Shown here piece after piece: positions 1 to 14,899 of a stretch of 64,000 nucleotides of DNA. The translations under genes and the position numbers were made by a program. The DNA is from Octopus vulgaris (lineage: Eukaryota): assembly GCA_951406725.2 (NCBI GenBank), contig OX597815.1, positions 132,308,001 to 132,372,000 on the forward strand, written 5' to 3'. Below the pieces are notes generated by a model that was given only the letters and a program-made list of their open reading frames with translations, ran no database searches and was not told where the DNA came from. Position 1 is the stretch's first letter; every line of letters begins with the position of its first letter.

Positions 1-1110
1 ATATAAATTAATATACCTTATAATCTAGCGATAAGAATTTGTACCTTCTATACTCATGAACGAAGACTCCTTGCATTCAGATCAATACTAATCAAAGACA
101 TTACCCAATATCATTAATATATGGTGGCATTAAATGATCTATAGAAATAGATATACAAACATTAAGGGAAATCAACCGAAATACTAAACCAGACTTTTAA
201 ATATTCCCATACATCTCCACACATAAACCTAGAAACAACGAAGCCTTAAAACATCTTTCCATCCTCACAGGAGATAAAACAAGGAACAAAATTTTAGGCT
301 CACACAAAATTAATAAGAGCAAAATGCAACCTAAATCATTGAAAAAATATTAACAAGCGCAAGACTATATCCATTAACAACAGAACCAAAAGTGAAAAAA
401 ATGTGGTCGACTTAACTGTGGTACATGCCCCCACCTTTTGGAGGTTTCAGAATTCTACTTGAAACAAGGTGAAATATTTAAGATCAAATCAATTTTCACC
501 TGTGCCTCGGAAAATCTTTTCTATGCCATTTCATGCTTAGGTTGTGGTAATAATTACATTGGCCAAAGAGGAATATCACTCCGTCGAAGAACGACTCTCC
601 ACAAAGAACAAATCCGCCACCCACAATACAGACGGATACAGGTTAGGAATCTTAATCCTAATTTCCTAATTTTCCCCTTCTATCAATGTACACAGAACAC
701 CTCAGTACAACAAAGAATGAATAAAGAGGCAAATTCATCAATAAATATTTTCCACAACTCAATATGAACACATATAATACAGAACAGCACTAACTTTTCA
801 ATTAACACCACTAACCCCCATACATCCCATACACCATTTACATTACATATCTATATCTATCCTAATTGCACCAAATCCAGAACTACTTACCTCCCTTACA
901 CATAATCGTTTTACTCATGGACTAATAGACCTGACACCGTTCATTAATCGGTGTGTATTTAAAGCAATGGTTAGTAAATTCACGAAACCGGTATGCGTTT
1001 GAACCTCAGTCCATCTATTTGTATATATCTATTGTTACGTTGCATAAAAAAGCCTTTCCTTTTTTTATTTCCAATGTGCACTTTCGCTTATATTTCTTCT
1101 TACCTTCTTC
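1..1110 (+). mobile_element. Penelope-like element 3' part: GIY-YIG endonuclease remnant plus 3' UTR/pLTR ending in (TA)n
   Basis: Reading into ORF 438-767 gives KCGRLNCGTCPHL...FTCASENLFYAISCLGCGNNYIGQRGISLRRRTTLH, the PLE Cys motif plus GIY-YIG signature; frameshifted upstream; GAAACCGGTA hammerhead 3' half at 984-993. Confidence 0.85.
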
Positions 1111-1129
1111 TATATATATATGTGCGCGC

Positions 1130-1162
<33 letters not shown>

Positions 1163-1593
1163 TGTGATTGTGTGAGTGTATATATATGCAATCATACATA
1201 CATACATACATACATAAATGAAGTCAGCCGAAATCAGGAGTTCAAGAGTTTTGGAAGGGCGTTCAAGAGCGAAAATGCATAATTAATTGCTTAGCGATAA
1301 AATCTGTAGCTGTTCATTTGACATATCAGTTGTACCAGGTATATTTCATTTCGGTATTGTGAGTTAGTTTTTAAAAGCACGTACGCATATCTGTGTATGT
1401 GTGCCTCAAGAAGAAGAAGAAGAAGAAGAAGAAGAAGAAGAAGAAGAAGAAGAGAAGAGAAAAACAGTGTGTATTCACAATCCGATATTCACAAGCAAAT
1501 CTACAAACATCTCTTAGTGACAAATACTTTAGCTTCATTTACTCCGTCCGAGCTAATCGCTCCGAGCAATAATTTTTTTCGGTCACATTCGTA

Positions 1594-1870
1594 AAGGCGC
1601 ATGGCCTAATGATGAGTTTGTTGTACTCATTGCTTTGGTTCCAATTCGAAGCCAGGTCATGGTTTCGATACCAATGCATTGTGTTTTTGAGCGAAACACT
1701 TCCTCGAATTTACTTAGCTTTAAATTATTTCCAGCAAGTGGGGAAATTAACCCTACGACAGACTGGCGTACCGTTCAGGAGGGGAGTGTAGTAATGCCAT
1801 TTACATATACGCCGTAGAAATCAGGTTAGCATTCGGCCTTATAAGTCTTAGGGCTCCTAACCGACCTTAG
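1594..1870 (+). mobile_element. Old tRNA-derived SINE with Meta-domain-like body
   Basis: ggcgcatggcctaatg head, B-box-like ggtttcgatacc, then aaccctacgacagactggcgtaccgttcaggagggg...agaaatcagg...ccggcctt; related decayed copy near 48545-48770. Confidence 0.55.
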
Positions 1871-4566
1871 TCGAAGTCTATCGCCTTCGAAAATGCAATG
1901 ATTCAGTTATGGGCTTGCTAGAACCTATAATTCATAACGTTACTATTATGAAAAATTCTTATGTCATACTCGTCAAATGATAAAACTGTAGATCTTCCGT
2001 GAGAGATAAAAACACTTCAAAATACAATGAAGTAATTAATGACCCTAAAAGCTGTTATGTACGTAAATTAGACAACCCATTATCGCAAATCATTATAACA
2101 TACCAGAAACGTGTAATTTGAAGCCATACTTCTATACTTTTATTGAATTCAAGCCAAAAATATCAGGAAGTTTCGTTATTGAAAGATGACGGGACAATCT
2201 CTAAGTGAAATCATACGAATTCACTATTGTTAATACACTTTATTGATGAAAGAACATCTGATACACATAAAAATGTTTTAAGTGTTCATTCATAAAGTGT
2301 GGCTATATGTTAGTGTTTTCTTGGTTTTTTATATACGTTTTTATGGACATACATAATTTACTGGCATGTGTGTTTGTAAAAAATAATATATTAAGTAATA
2401 ATTAGCTTTCGCAAATAGTAGCGATAAGTAGTTAATTGTTATTTTCATACGTAAAACGTTTCAAATTACTTTATCTTTCCAGAGATATATTGTCATTCTT
2501 GACATGTCAGATATCAGCCATAAAAGCTAAATATAATGTCACAATTATTTTTAAATGAATTCTTTACATTAAATCATATACATTATCATTATCATGACAC
2601 CTTAACCAATTTAAAATAGCAGGATATGTCACTGAAAATGTTTATATCGCATAATTCTTTCTCAGTCATTCTATTCTGTTTTTCGTATTGTACTTCTTTA
2701 TAAACATTACTGCTTTACTTTACATAATTTAAATAACGGACCACATATTGTCTGTCTATAATTTTAATGAGGAGAAACTGATAAGGTAAATATATCCTGT
2801 ATACTGAGCAAAAATTCGCAAAGCAGCCGTTAAAATAAACACATATGTTGAAGATATGTTTGATTATGCTGACAAGCAAGATAAAAACGTTATTGATATG
2901 TTCAATAACTGGTAAGACTAGAATTCCTTAATGGTACTACAATGTCTGTTAACCCAAATAGGACTGATACATTTCATACATTCTAGATCACGTTACAAAT
3001 AAAGGTCACTAACAAACCCTGCTGTACATAGCAGTGTCTTTCGCTGTCTTTTCTACAATATCTACTGTGTACTCTGCTCCTCGAATGTGCGAGATTACGT
3101 GCCACTGTCACTCAGGCACTTCCGAATCACAACAGTTCGAGAGAAATGTTGCCCGCATCTATCTTAATATCTTCAGCTTATCTGCTAAGGAACGAGATGA
3201 GATACTCTCCTCCTTTCAGATCACTTTCTCCGCAAACAATGCGTTTAGAGTTAAGCTTACAGGACATAACATATTTTAATAACATTAACATAATGCAAGA
3301 TAAATATATTAGTATCACAAATTTTAAGAATTTATAAAACACACAATCAATGGAGAGGCAAAAGAAAGAGTAAGATTATACATGCTGATTTTATTAGGTA
3401 TTTCTGTTTATTTAGAAACCTACAATGAACAGGTCATGTAAAAGACGCTAAAATATACATTTCACAGGGTACAACCTTAAAGTTGACACCGCTCTGCTAA
3501 AAGTAGAAAATTTCTGGCTCACAATTGCCTAAAAAATACAGGATTTCACCGATTTTTAAACCTCTGTAATTTTTTCCTCCAATTTCTTTTCTCCACAACA
3601 TCATACGCTCATAGCAATGAGACTAGAAGACTACAATATTATAGGCAATCTTCAGATTTTTTACTTCATGTTAATAAAATGCACATTTTGCGAAATGAAA
3701 AAGACTAGATCTCACACCAAACCAAAACCCCACACAAACAATCAAGATGTGTGGAGCAAGACAAAATATTTCACACAAAATATTTCACAAGACAAAATAA
3801 ACTTTAAAATTCTGCCACTTTAGACGTTGAATTTATACAACTGATCATGAAACAGTCACCATTTTACCCTTATGACACTAACTCACAAATTTAATAGAGA
3901 ACAAATCTTATCCCTACATAGATAGAAACCCCTGGGCAACACAGAAACAGCTCCTGTCTATTCTATCACTAGACAGATTAAATTTAGAGAGCCTTGCTTG
4001 TTTGAACTCTCACTAGATACGATCAATCAACCGTGTTAGCCTAAATTTTTTGAGGGTGGGGTAAGTCATATGATATTAACGCACAGATGTAGCGGTGAAC
4101 CTATAAATATTTCTGAGTCAAATCACGTGATCATCCTTAACCACACTTGACAGTTAAAATTAAGGTAGACTTGATTGTTTGTGACTATTACTAGACACGT
4201 TCACTCAACCGTGGATGTTTTAACGTACGGCACTAAACATATAACCATTAATGAACGGACGTAGCGGGGAAATTTACAAACATTCCTAAAACTAATCATG
4301 TGATCATCCTCTGCCAATCAAATAGTATCCAAACAGATTCTAACCTGATCCGTCTATAAAAAGAGAATTTTTGGAATCAGATCAGGCACAAGGCACTTGC
4401 AACATAGTTCCATGTCCTTCTATCTCAATGTCTGAAAATCAAAGAAATCTGTGAAAACTTAAAATTTAAATAATTCTAAAATAAATCCCAGTGCATTTTC
4501 AATTTCATCTACCTATCTATATATCTATATATCTCTCTCTGTCTGTTCTCTCTCTCTCTCTCTCTC

Positions 4567-5412
<846 letters not shown>

Positions 5413-7022
5413 ATTAAATTGGCGTTCATCTTCACTTATTGGAACATTTAATATTTCATATGAAGAGAACGTATTAATGATCATACATTTAACAAAAGCT
5501 TAGACTCCAACTATATTATCATTTCAGTAAAGAAAGTATAAAGTTTTTATAACAATTTAAGTAAAAGATTACTGCTGCTATTGAGATCGAAATCAACATC
5601 AATTGCGCCATGTGATCTAATAACCGATGGATAACGATTCTCAACTGCAGCAAATTTTTGCACTCGGATTCAGATTAGTCACAATACTCCAGTTGGCCTC
5701 TGTGATAAATATGAGAGTTCCTGATGATGTAAAAAATCAATAATTGCCTTTTATTTCACCGTGAACATTTTCCTTGATAATTTGCTGAAAATGCCATTTT
5801 ACAATTGGCATGCGCATCGTTGGTCACAGATTGAAAATAGAGTCCAAATTCATGATATTCCTTTGGAAATTTTGTTTAAACCAAGATTTTGTTTGGAAAA
5901 GAAATGAGTGTTAAAAGCATGAGGTGAAGTGTAAGTGAACCAGAATACAATTTTTTCCTTTCATCAGAAATATATATTTCACTTTCCTTCATCTTCTAAC
6001 TCATGTGTATAGTTAACATTAGCAGCAGATAATATTTTTTGAAGCTTCAGTTCAGCTAAAAATCAGTTCTAAATGTGCTCTTTTGTGTGTTGATGATAAC
6101 AAGAGTAAAATCAAAATGTTTAAATAAGGAAAGAGAATCTTCAACGATCATAATGCCCTAAAAAATATAATCAGTCATTTTCATATTACTGAAGTCGTTT
6201 TTTTTTCTCATTGATTGTTCGAAGATGACGGGGAATCAATTAACTTAGGATTATTTATTCTTGAGATCAGCCCTGGAAACTCAAGTAACTAAATGCAAAT
6301 AAGAAAAATTAAAATGGTGATCAGTTCGATTCGTTGGACTAACAATTAAAATTATGTTGACATGAAAGAAAAGGATTAATTGTTGCCCATTTGTGTTTGT
6401 TAAAATCACGAGTAGCACATGGCAATTGATAGTGCTAAGGATAAACTGACTTAGCCAAGTTGAAAGGCTTCCTTGATATCAACATGTTGTATGGTTTTCT
6501 CAGAAAAAGGAGCCACTCCTTATTTTAAAAACTGGTGAGATGATATCTAAAGGATAATAAATTCTTGTTGCACTTAGATCGAGCCACACTATCAGAACCG
6601 CCTCGTTACCAAGAGTAATTGGTAATACGGTGCTGTCCGTCGTAACTGATAATATAAGGATGTCATTGAGTAAATGATGTTTTGGTAAGGTTAATATTGA
6701 CTGGTATGGAATTAACTTAAACAAACTGATAATACTGTACTATCACCTAGTAGATTCTTCTTCTCCCCTCTCCACCTCAACTTCCTTTGTTTTCTTCTTC
6801 TTCTTCTTCTGGCAACAGACAAATTCAAATATGTAACGTAATATTTATATGTATATATGTATGTGTGTGTGTATATGTGTATGTATGTAGGTATAAATTT
6901 ATGTATGGATTTTCTTTTCCTGATTAGAAGTTTACTACATAGTTTTTGCTCACACACTTTACAGCAACAGCAGAACCAGCACCAGCAGCAACAGCAGCAG
7001 CAGAAACCGCAGTAGCAGCATC

Positions 7023-7057
<35 letters not shown>

Positions 7058-7164
7058 GATACGTTGAGCATGCCCTTTCTATTTCAGATATTGAAGTTTT
7101 AACTAATACAATTTGCTTTCAAATAACCTTTTTTGTTTTAATGACTTTCATATCCATATCTACT

Positions 7165-7570
7165 CTTTACTCTTTTACTTGTTTCAGTCATTTGACGGCG
7201 GCCATGCTGGAGCACCGCCTTTAGTCGAGCAAATCGACCCCAGGACTTATTCTTTGTAAGCCCAGTACTTATTCTATCGGTCTCTTTTGCCGAACCGCTA
7301 AATGACGGGGACGTAAACACACCAGCACCAGTTGTTAAGCAATGCTAGGGGGACAAACACAGACACACAAACATATACACACACACTTATATATATATAC
7401 ATATATACAACAGGCTTCTTTCAGTTTCGGTCTACAAATCCACTCACAAGGCATTGGTCGGCCCGGGGCTATAACAGAAGACACTTGCCCAAGATGCCAC
7501 GCAATGGGACTGAACCCGGAACCATGTGGTTGGTTAGCAAGATACTTACCACACAGCCACTCCTGCGCCT
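7165..7570 (-). mobile_element. tRNA-derived SINE, family 1 (CORE-like body, internal CA/TA microsatellite), full length
   Basis: Minus-strand head ggcgcaggagtggctgtgtggtaag with A box and ggttcagtccc B box, then ttgggcaagtgtcttc; many copies in window. Confidence 0.85.
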
Positions 7571-7595
7571 ATATATACATATATGAAACACATAT

Positions 7596-7826
7596 AAGGC
7601 GGCGAGCTGGCAGAAACGCTAGCGCGCCGGGCGAAATGCTTAGCGGTATTTCGTCTGTAGTTACGTTCTGAGTTCAAATTCCGCCGAGGTCGGCTTTGCC
7701 TTTCATCCTTTCGGGGTCGATTAAATAACTACCAGTTACGCGCTGGGGTCGATATAATCGACTTAATCCGTTTGTTTGTCCTTGTTTATTCCCTCTATGT
7801 TTAGCTCCATATGGGCAATAAAGATA
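7596..7826 (+). mobile_element. SINE family 2 (Nin-domain-like)
   Basis: ggcggcgagctggcagaa head, gagttcaaattcc B box, gctttgcctttcatcctttcggggtcga Nin-like core; flanked by tatgaaacac direct repeat. Confidence 0.85.
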
Positions 7827-8329
7827 TTAATGTATGAAACACGTATTCTTGATATCGTTATACAATAAACCGTATTCATTTTCATATCTAATTTCTTAAA
7901 TCATATCTAAGCAACTGGTACACTCGTGTATAATGATGAGATATTTTGTTTGCAAACCCACGAGAAATGCTTAATTATGCAACTACGTATTAACTAAACC
8001 CTGTTTGAAGTTCAACTATTATATTCAGCTACAAACTTATATATTCCCTTCGGTATTGGTCACTGTTGCTGATGCATTATAATTATCTAAATATCAGTGT
8101 TTATTTAACAACTCTTGAAAGTAAGTAGTTTTGAATAAGAGGTGTATTGCACTCGAACAGTAATCTAGAATAAAGAATCAAATGAAAGTCACTTTCATAA
8201 ATGCCTCGTAAATATTCTATAAAAAGGCAATTATTGATTGAGATAAAAATCAAAAATAAGACGTTTTACACATTGAGAGATGTATTTGTTTTCAAACTTG
8301 TAGAAAAGAAAAAGTCGACAAAGTCTTTT

Positions 8330-8535
8330 ATCTTTTATCCTTTACATATTTCAGTCCTTTAACTGTGACCATGGTGGAACACCGCCTCAATAGGTTTTAG
8401 TCGAACAAATCGACCCCAAGACGTTTTTTTGAAGCCTAGTACATATTCTATTGGTCTCTTTTTGCTGAACCGTTAAGTTAAGGGGACGCAAACACATTAA
8501 CACCGGTTGTCAGGCGTTGGTGCGGGCCGAACACA
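8330..8535 (-). mobile_element. SINE family 1, 3' half
   Basis: Aligns by eye to 7165-7365. Confidence 0.75.
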
Positions 8536-8540
8536 CACAC

Positions 8541-8826
<286 letters not shown>

Positions 8827-8944
8827 GGGAAAGTTTACGTAAACAACAAAAGACGAAGACTGGTGGTGTACAAAACAAACAGATGTATTAGTATAACGCT
8901 CAGGAATAGAAAAAGTCTTTTACGTTTCGAGCCTACGCTCTTCT

Positions 8945-8946
<2 letters not shown>
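8827..8946 (-). mobile_element. Short pLTR-like fragment truncated inside a hammerhead motif
   Basis: Minus strand: GA-A-GAGC-gtag-GCTC-GAAA-CGT-A-aaagac; 3' end abuts (TA)n, 5' end abuts (CA)n. Confidence 0.6.
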
Positions 8947-9038
<92 letters not shown>

Positions 9039-9708
9039 AAACAATACCGTAACAATGTTTATATGCCAACATAACGTTGCAGTTCTGTAAAAGACCATGT
9101 TACTTTTATTTTAGCTACATACGGACACAGAATGAGTGTCGTTAGCCTGCTGGAAAAGATGTTTCCCTGGGCCTAAAACAACGCTAGAATTCCGAACCCC
9201 AGTTATGAACTCGTGTGCATACAGCCAATCAGAGTTCAAATATCAAACTAATTTATGACCGCATAACAAGTGATGGGCGATAAGATAAGGTCACTTGGGT
9301 AAGGAATGACCATGCTTCTTTTCTCTTTTAATAATGCCTGTTGTTCTTGCTCTTGTTTCAACCAAGGCTGCCTCTGCGTAGTTATTTGTGTTGTATACTT
9401 TGTAAAATAGTAAGGGGAGAGCTCCTAGTACATCACCCTCTACCCACATTTTTCTTGTTCACATGTGTACCATATGAAGCCCTAACAAAATCCGATAATA
9501 GGTATAGATGCAAACTATACCTGTTTGGCACAAAGATAGCAATTTCGAGGTAAGGGGCAAGTCAATAGCATCGATACTAATGCTCGTCTGGTACCTCGAA
9601 AGGATGGAATTTGAACTCAGAACATAAACATGGGCGAAATTCCGTTAAGCATTCTTGCATCTCCCAACCTTGAACAGTAAATGGAATTAACATACGGTAA
9701 CATACGGT

Positions 9709-9943
9709 AAAGCGGCGAGCTGGCAGAAACGTTAGCACGCCGGGCGAAAAACTTAGAGGTATTTCGTCTGCGTTACGTTGTGAGTTCGAATTCCGCCGAG
9801 GTCGACTTTGCCTTTCATCCTTTCGGAGTCGATAAATTAAGTACCAGTTACGCACTGGGGTCGATCTAATCGACTTAATACCTATATCTGTCCTTGTTTG
9901 TTCCCTCTGTGTTTAGCCCATTGTGGGTAATAACGAAATAGGT
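9709..9943 (+). mobile_element. SINE family 2 (Nin-like)
   Basis: Close match to 7596-7826. Confidence 0.85.
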
Positions 9944-10744
9944 ATAGATGCAAACCTATTTAATTACTTGTCTCCTAAAATCAGGCATAACCTAGCGATC
10001 GGTCGACTTAAAACACCGCTTTGAATGGCAACATTTTTAAGTTGACAAGGCCAAGGTGACCTCTGATTGGTTTTGTGAAAATGGGTTCATTACTGGGGTC
10101 CGGAACTGTCGTGGGAAAAAAATTTAGTGGGAGGACATTGGTATGTATGCATGTGTATTGTAGTTTACAATATGCCTGGAGAAGGTGCGTGGCTAAACCT
10201 CAAGTGTAATTGGGTTACAACCATAAGATCGTGCACGCTGAATCTCCCTTAGAACATTATGGATGCGCGTGTCTGTGTATGGCTCAGCTATTGCACGTTA
10301 AGTTTTCGAGCTGTCTATTCTGTTGGTCGCATAAACTGAAGTATTCGTCGTAACTGACGTAGTGCCAGTTACATAACTTTCGAGATCTTAAGCATTCATC
10401 TCATTTTCTTTCAATGTAATGCGATTTATAATTATGTAAATTCCATTTCAAGTCATCATGGCAACAACATATTGTCATACACAGTGTATTTGATTTCAAA
10501 TAGTTTCTAATACAATTTATCCACGTAATAACGAAAATATATTTGACCACAGATTATTGATTTTCCAAAAGCTATCAACTATAATGCAGGCCTACATACT
10601 CACATATATTGCATTTGTATATGTATATAATTATATATTTATTATATTTATATATTAGAATATATATATATGCACATAATAAACACACACACACACATAC
10701 ACACACACACACCCGCACACGCACACCCACACGCACACGCACAC

Positions 10745-10801
<57 letters not shown>

Positions 10802-11049
10802 ACGCATATTTATATATACGGATTTCAAATTTTGGCACAAAGATGGCAATTTCGAGGTAAGGGGCAAGTCAATAGCATCGATCCTAATGCTTGTCTGACA
10901 CTTATTTTATCGACCTCGAAAAGATGGAATTTGAACTCAGAGCATAAACCTGGGCGAAATTCTGTTAAGCGTTCTTGCAGCGCACAACCTTGAACAGTAA
11001 ATGGAATTAACATACGGTAAAATATGTATATTAAATTCGAGTACGGCAG

Positions 11050-11335
11050 AGTAAATAGCACTCTGTCTGTTAGGGCGGATAGTGTTTCTGTTGATCTGAT
11101 CAACAGAACAGGCTGTTCGTGAAATTGACGTGACAGTGGATGAGCACTCAACAGATTCACGTATCCATAACGTAGTTCTCAGGGAGATTCAGTTTGATAC
11201 AGAGTCTGAAAAAAGTGCCCTATTGAATTACAGGTACAACTCATTTCTGCGAGCCAAGTGCATTGCAGCAATGTTCTTAAGCAAAACCCAACGTATTGCA
11301 CGGTCCAGGAATGGAAAATTTTACGATCATGAATA
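11050..11335 (-). mobile_element. Old SINE family 4 (related copies near 10175-10370, 54820-55065, 60955-61275)
   Basis: Shared 3' motifs such as ctcgtcgccgtaactgacggagtgcc and cacgttaatttcacgagcagg. Confidence 0.55.
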
Positions 11336-11351
11336 CAATATATATATATTC

Positions 11352-11760
11352 TTGCCATGCTGGAACACCACCTTTAATCGAACAAATCGACCTCAGGACT
11401 GATTCTTTGTAAGTCTAGTACTTATTCTATCGGTTTCTTTGCCGAACCGCCAAGTGATGGGGACGTAAAAACAGCAACATCGGTTGTCACGTGATGGTGG
11501 TAGTGGAGGGGCAAACGCAGATACAAATAACAAACATACGCATATATACACTCCCTCCCCTCATACACATACACACACACACACACACACGCACACATAT
11601 ATATAATATATACGACTGGTTTCTTTCAGCTTCAGTCTACCAAATACACTCACAAGGCTTTGGTCGGCCCACGGCAATAGTAGAAGACATTTGCCCAAGG
11701 TGTCACGCAATGGGACTGAACCCAAAACCATGCAGTTGGGTAGCAAACTTTTTACCACGG
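11352..11760 (-). mobile_element. SINE family 1
   Basis: Colinear with 7165-7570. Confidence 0.8.
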
Positions 11761-11767
11761 TATGTAT

Positions 11768-11815
<48 letters not shown>

Positions 11816-12321
11816 GTATGTATATTTGTGCATATATATATACGTATACATATATATATGTGTGTGTGTGTGTATCAAGAGTTTTATTAATCATGAATTT
11901 ATAGTTTAATCCTCTGTATTAAATAAACATATCAATGTATGTATAGAAATTTTACAACATATTACTTTAGACTAAACCTTAAACTTTCTTTTGGATAACA
12001 TCTAAAGCCGTGTACAATGTCTGCATGAAATTTGCATGAAGTTTTTATCATTCTTCTCTAAAGTATAAACTATAATTTAAATCCTATTAATCTAAATAAT
12101 ACTCTCACACGTAAATACGTGGGATGGAATTGCGTACGAAATTAAATGGATTTAAATAAAATCTATACGTTTGAGTCATCTATTTCTTGACGCAAAAAGA
12201 GTGGAAATTTTCTCGGAAACATGTTGAGGTTTGAAACTAGAACATTGAGGAGAAACAAGAATATTAATAAGGGGGCTTGAATTCAGAACTAGAGTTCTTA
12301 GTTAATATTTATCTAATTTTT

Positions 12322-12705
12322 AAGGTAGCGAACTGGCGGAATCGTTTGCAGGCCGGGAAGTATGTTAAGCAGAATTTCGTGCGTCCTTACGATCTAAGTT
12401 CAAATTTCACGACATCGACTTTGCCTTTCGTCATATTGGGGTCAATAAAATAAGTAGCAAGTAAACACTGAGATCAATGTAATGGAATTAAACTCCATCT
12501 CCGACTTTGCTGGCTTTGTACGAAAATTCGAATCTAATATCTCATTTGCCCGTCTTTACATCCTGAGTTCAAATCCGCTGAGTTCACCTTTGCTTTTTAT
12601 CCTTTCGAGGACGTTGAAATACGTAACTGTCAAGCACTGAGGTCGATGTAATTGACAATATCCCTCCTACAAAGCTTCAGGCCTTGTGCCTACCATAGTA
12701 CTAAA
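12322..12705 (+). mobile_element. Old dimeric SINE family 2
   Basis: Two decayed gagttcaaat...tttgcctttcatcc units in tandem. Confidence 0.65.
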
Positions 12706-12874
12706 TATTTATCTCGTTCAGAACAAGGTTAAATAGGTTTTTATCTCAATATAGATTTTCCATTGGCACGATTTGCTACAAGTAACAAAATGAAAGTTAA
12801 ACCGTCTTTTAAACACCGACGTATGTACGCCCACATATAGATGCATATACACAGAAACTCGCATATAGTTGTTG

Positions 12875-12916
<42 letters not shown>

Positions 12917-12922
12917 TATATA

Positions 12923-13056
12923 CAGAGAGAGAGAGAGAAAGAGGGGAGGGAGAGAGAGAGAGAAAGAGAGAGAGAGGGAGGGAGAGAGAGAGAGAGTGAG
13001 AAAGAGAGAGAGAGGGGAGGGAGAGAGAGAGAGAGAAAGAGAGAGAGAGGGAGGGG

Positions 13057-13100
<44 letters not shown>
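12923..13100 (+). repeat. Near-pure homopurine (GA)n/GGGA tract
   Basis: About 175 bp almost entirely G/A. Confidence 0.9.
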
Positions 13101-13102
<2 letters not shown>

Positions 13103-13595
13103 AAAGTAGTTTGATTCAGACTACTTGGTACGCAGAGTTTCAAGCGTGTGACTAGTCTTCGATTATTGGGGTCTGAATTCAATATGTTCTCTTGGAAAAC
13201 CTTATCTTTTAAAGAACTTGCGTGCCTCCAACTACTACGTAACTTCCAGGAATTTTTTTTTTTTCTTTATTTCTGCATTTTACGAAATACTTCTTGGCGT
13301 AATTTTGAAATGGTCCGCCAGACACTTGGTTTACGTACTTTTTGCGATTTGTTTATTTTAACGTTGGTTATCGCCCTTGTTTTGCTTTCTTGTTGTTTTT
13401 GTTGTTTTTTTTTTTTTGTCTTCTTGGTAATGAACGTTCCTTGTACAAACGTCATCGGCTTGTAAATTAACTGACAAACGGTCTTGTTATCAGCTGGAAA
13501 AATGGCGAGAAAATTAATGAAGCCCCGCGTAGTTATATTTCACAAGATTTGTGGTTTTTATTGTAACATTATACACACACACACATAGTCACATA

Positions 13596-14452
13596 CACTA
13601 CGTCCCAAATTATTAGGCAAATCAACCTTCTCTCAATAAATAAATGCATATTCGTTCAAAACCAGTTGTTTTCCCATTGAGTGTTGACAACACCTATCTG
13701 CGCATATTCTGTTAAAATAATTTGAATCTACGCAGACGCCAACGAATGGCGGCCATGTTTGTCATTGGGCAACATTTACACTGTTAGAAATTATTAGGCA
13801 ATTATAATGATAGTGATAATTGTATCAGAACAAACATTTATTTAATCCCACAATAAAGGTTTAACAAAAACCTATTCATAAAGGGCTTAGTTATAAACAC
13901 AATATTACGTTCAAATGAAAATAATCATGGGATTACGTTGTCATACAGCTTCTAATGTTTGATGTATGATCCTCCACATGCAATAACCTTCCTTACGCGC
14001 TGATCCATCGAATTTATCAAGGTGATTATTTCCTCCTGTGTCATGCTTTGAGCATCACCTACAATAGCATCCCAGAGGACAACTTTACTTGAAAACTGCC
14101 GTCCATCTTGTTAAACGAGCCTCATCGGGACACTCCACAGGTTCTCGATTAGGTTTAAGTCAGGGGAACAAGGTGGCCACTCAGTCAAATTACCTCCAGA
14201 GAATCCTATTTGCTGTAGGTATACCTTAGAATTCTTCGTTGCATGAAAACCAGCTCTCTCGTGATTGAAAGTTTTCCTTTTTGAACCATGGTTGGAAATT
14301 GTCCTTTAAGAAAGTAAGAGTTTCGGATGTCATCTTAATGCCATCAGGGACTTTTCATAGTCCGACCATCATACCACCAAAGATGCCAACCTAAAACATG
14401 ACCCCCACCACCCGCCTGTTAGCGTCTCAAATGATGAGGACGGTTTCCGCTG
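13596..14452 (-). mobile_element. Tc1 (DD34E) transposon, 3' half with IR/DR-type terminal repeat
   Basis: Minus-strand peptides GGGGVMF and WPPCSPDLNLIENLW...DQRVRKVIACGGSYIKH* (stop ~13952); terminus TA-cactacgtcccaaattattaggcaa with internal repeat aaattattaggcaa at ~13608 and ~13788. Confidence 0.85.
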
Positions 14453-14625
14453 ATTGTCGGAATTTACGAATATCTTATCCAAATTCTTTATGTCTCCAGT
14501 TTTTTCCTTCATATCTTTCTGGATTTGGTTGTTGAATTTGTGGAATTTAATTCTTCTAATAATCTCGAAAAGATCATTTTCAAAAGCTTCTGATTCCGAA
14601 ATATGTGGTGAAGTATATGCGTATT
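14453..14625 (-). mobile_element. PLE fragment N-terminal to the RT
   Basis: [52 protein letters not shown] resembles the PLE FE.DL...I.F...N..Q...I.V.AD segment; abuts (TA)n. Confidence 0.65.
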
Positions 14626-14689
<64 letters not shown>

Positions 14690-14899
14690 AATAGACACAT
14701 ATTCACACGCACACACAGGCACACACACCGACATACAAATATAGTTTTCTCATTCAGGTGATGAATAATACATTGATGTTGTTGAACTCTTTCAAACTAC
14801 ATCCGAAACTACTTTTTGGAGAGGAACCTGTGCAACGTATATTTGTTCTTTTTTATTTTTAAAAATATTTCATAATGTTAAATTCGATAGTGCAACAGC

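Noticed and set aside
2808-2915. Possible short exon ending in a GTAAG donor
   Set aside because: No convincing acceptor, no recognisable peptide and no partner exons
5600-5900. Possible CR1/L2 remnant (RGQLEYC on minus strand)
   Set aside because: Single short motif; too decayed to call
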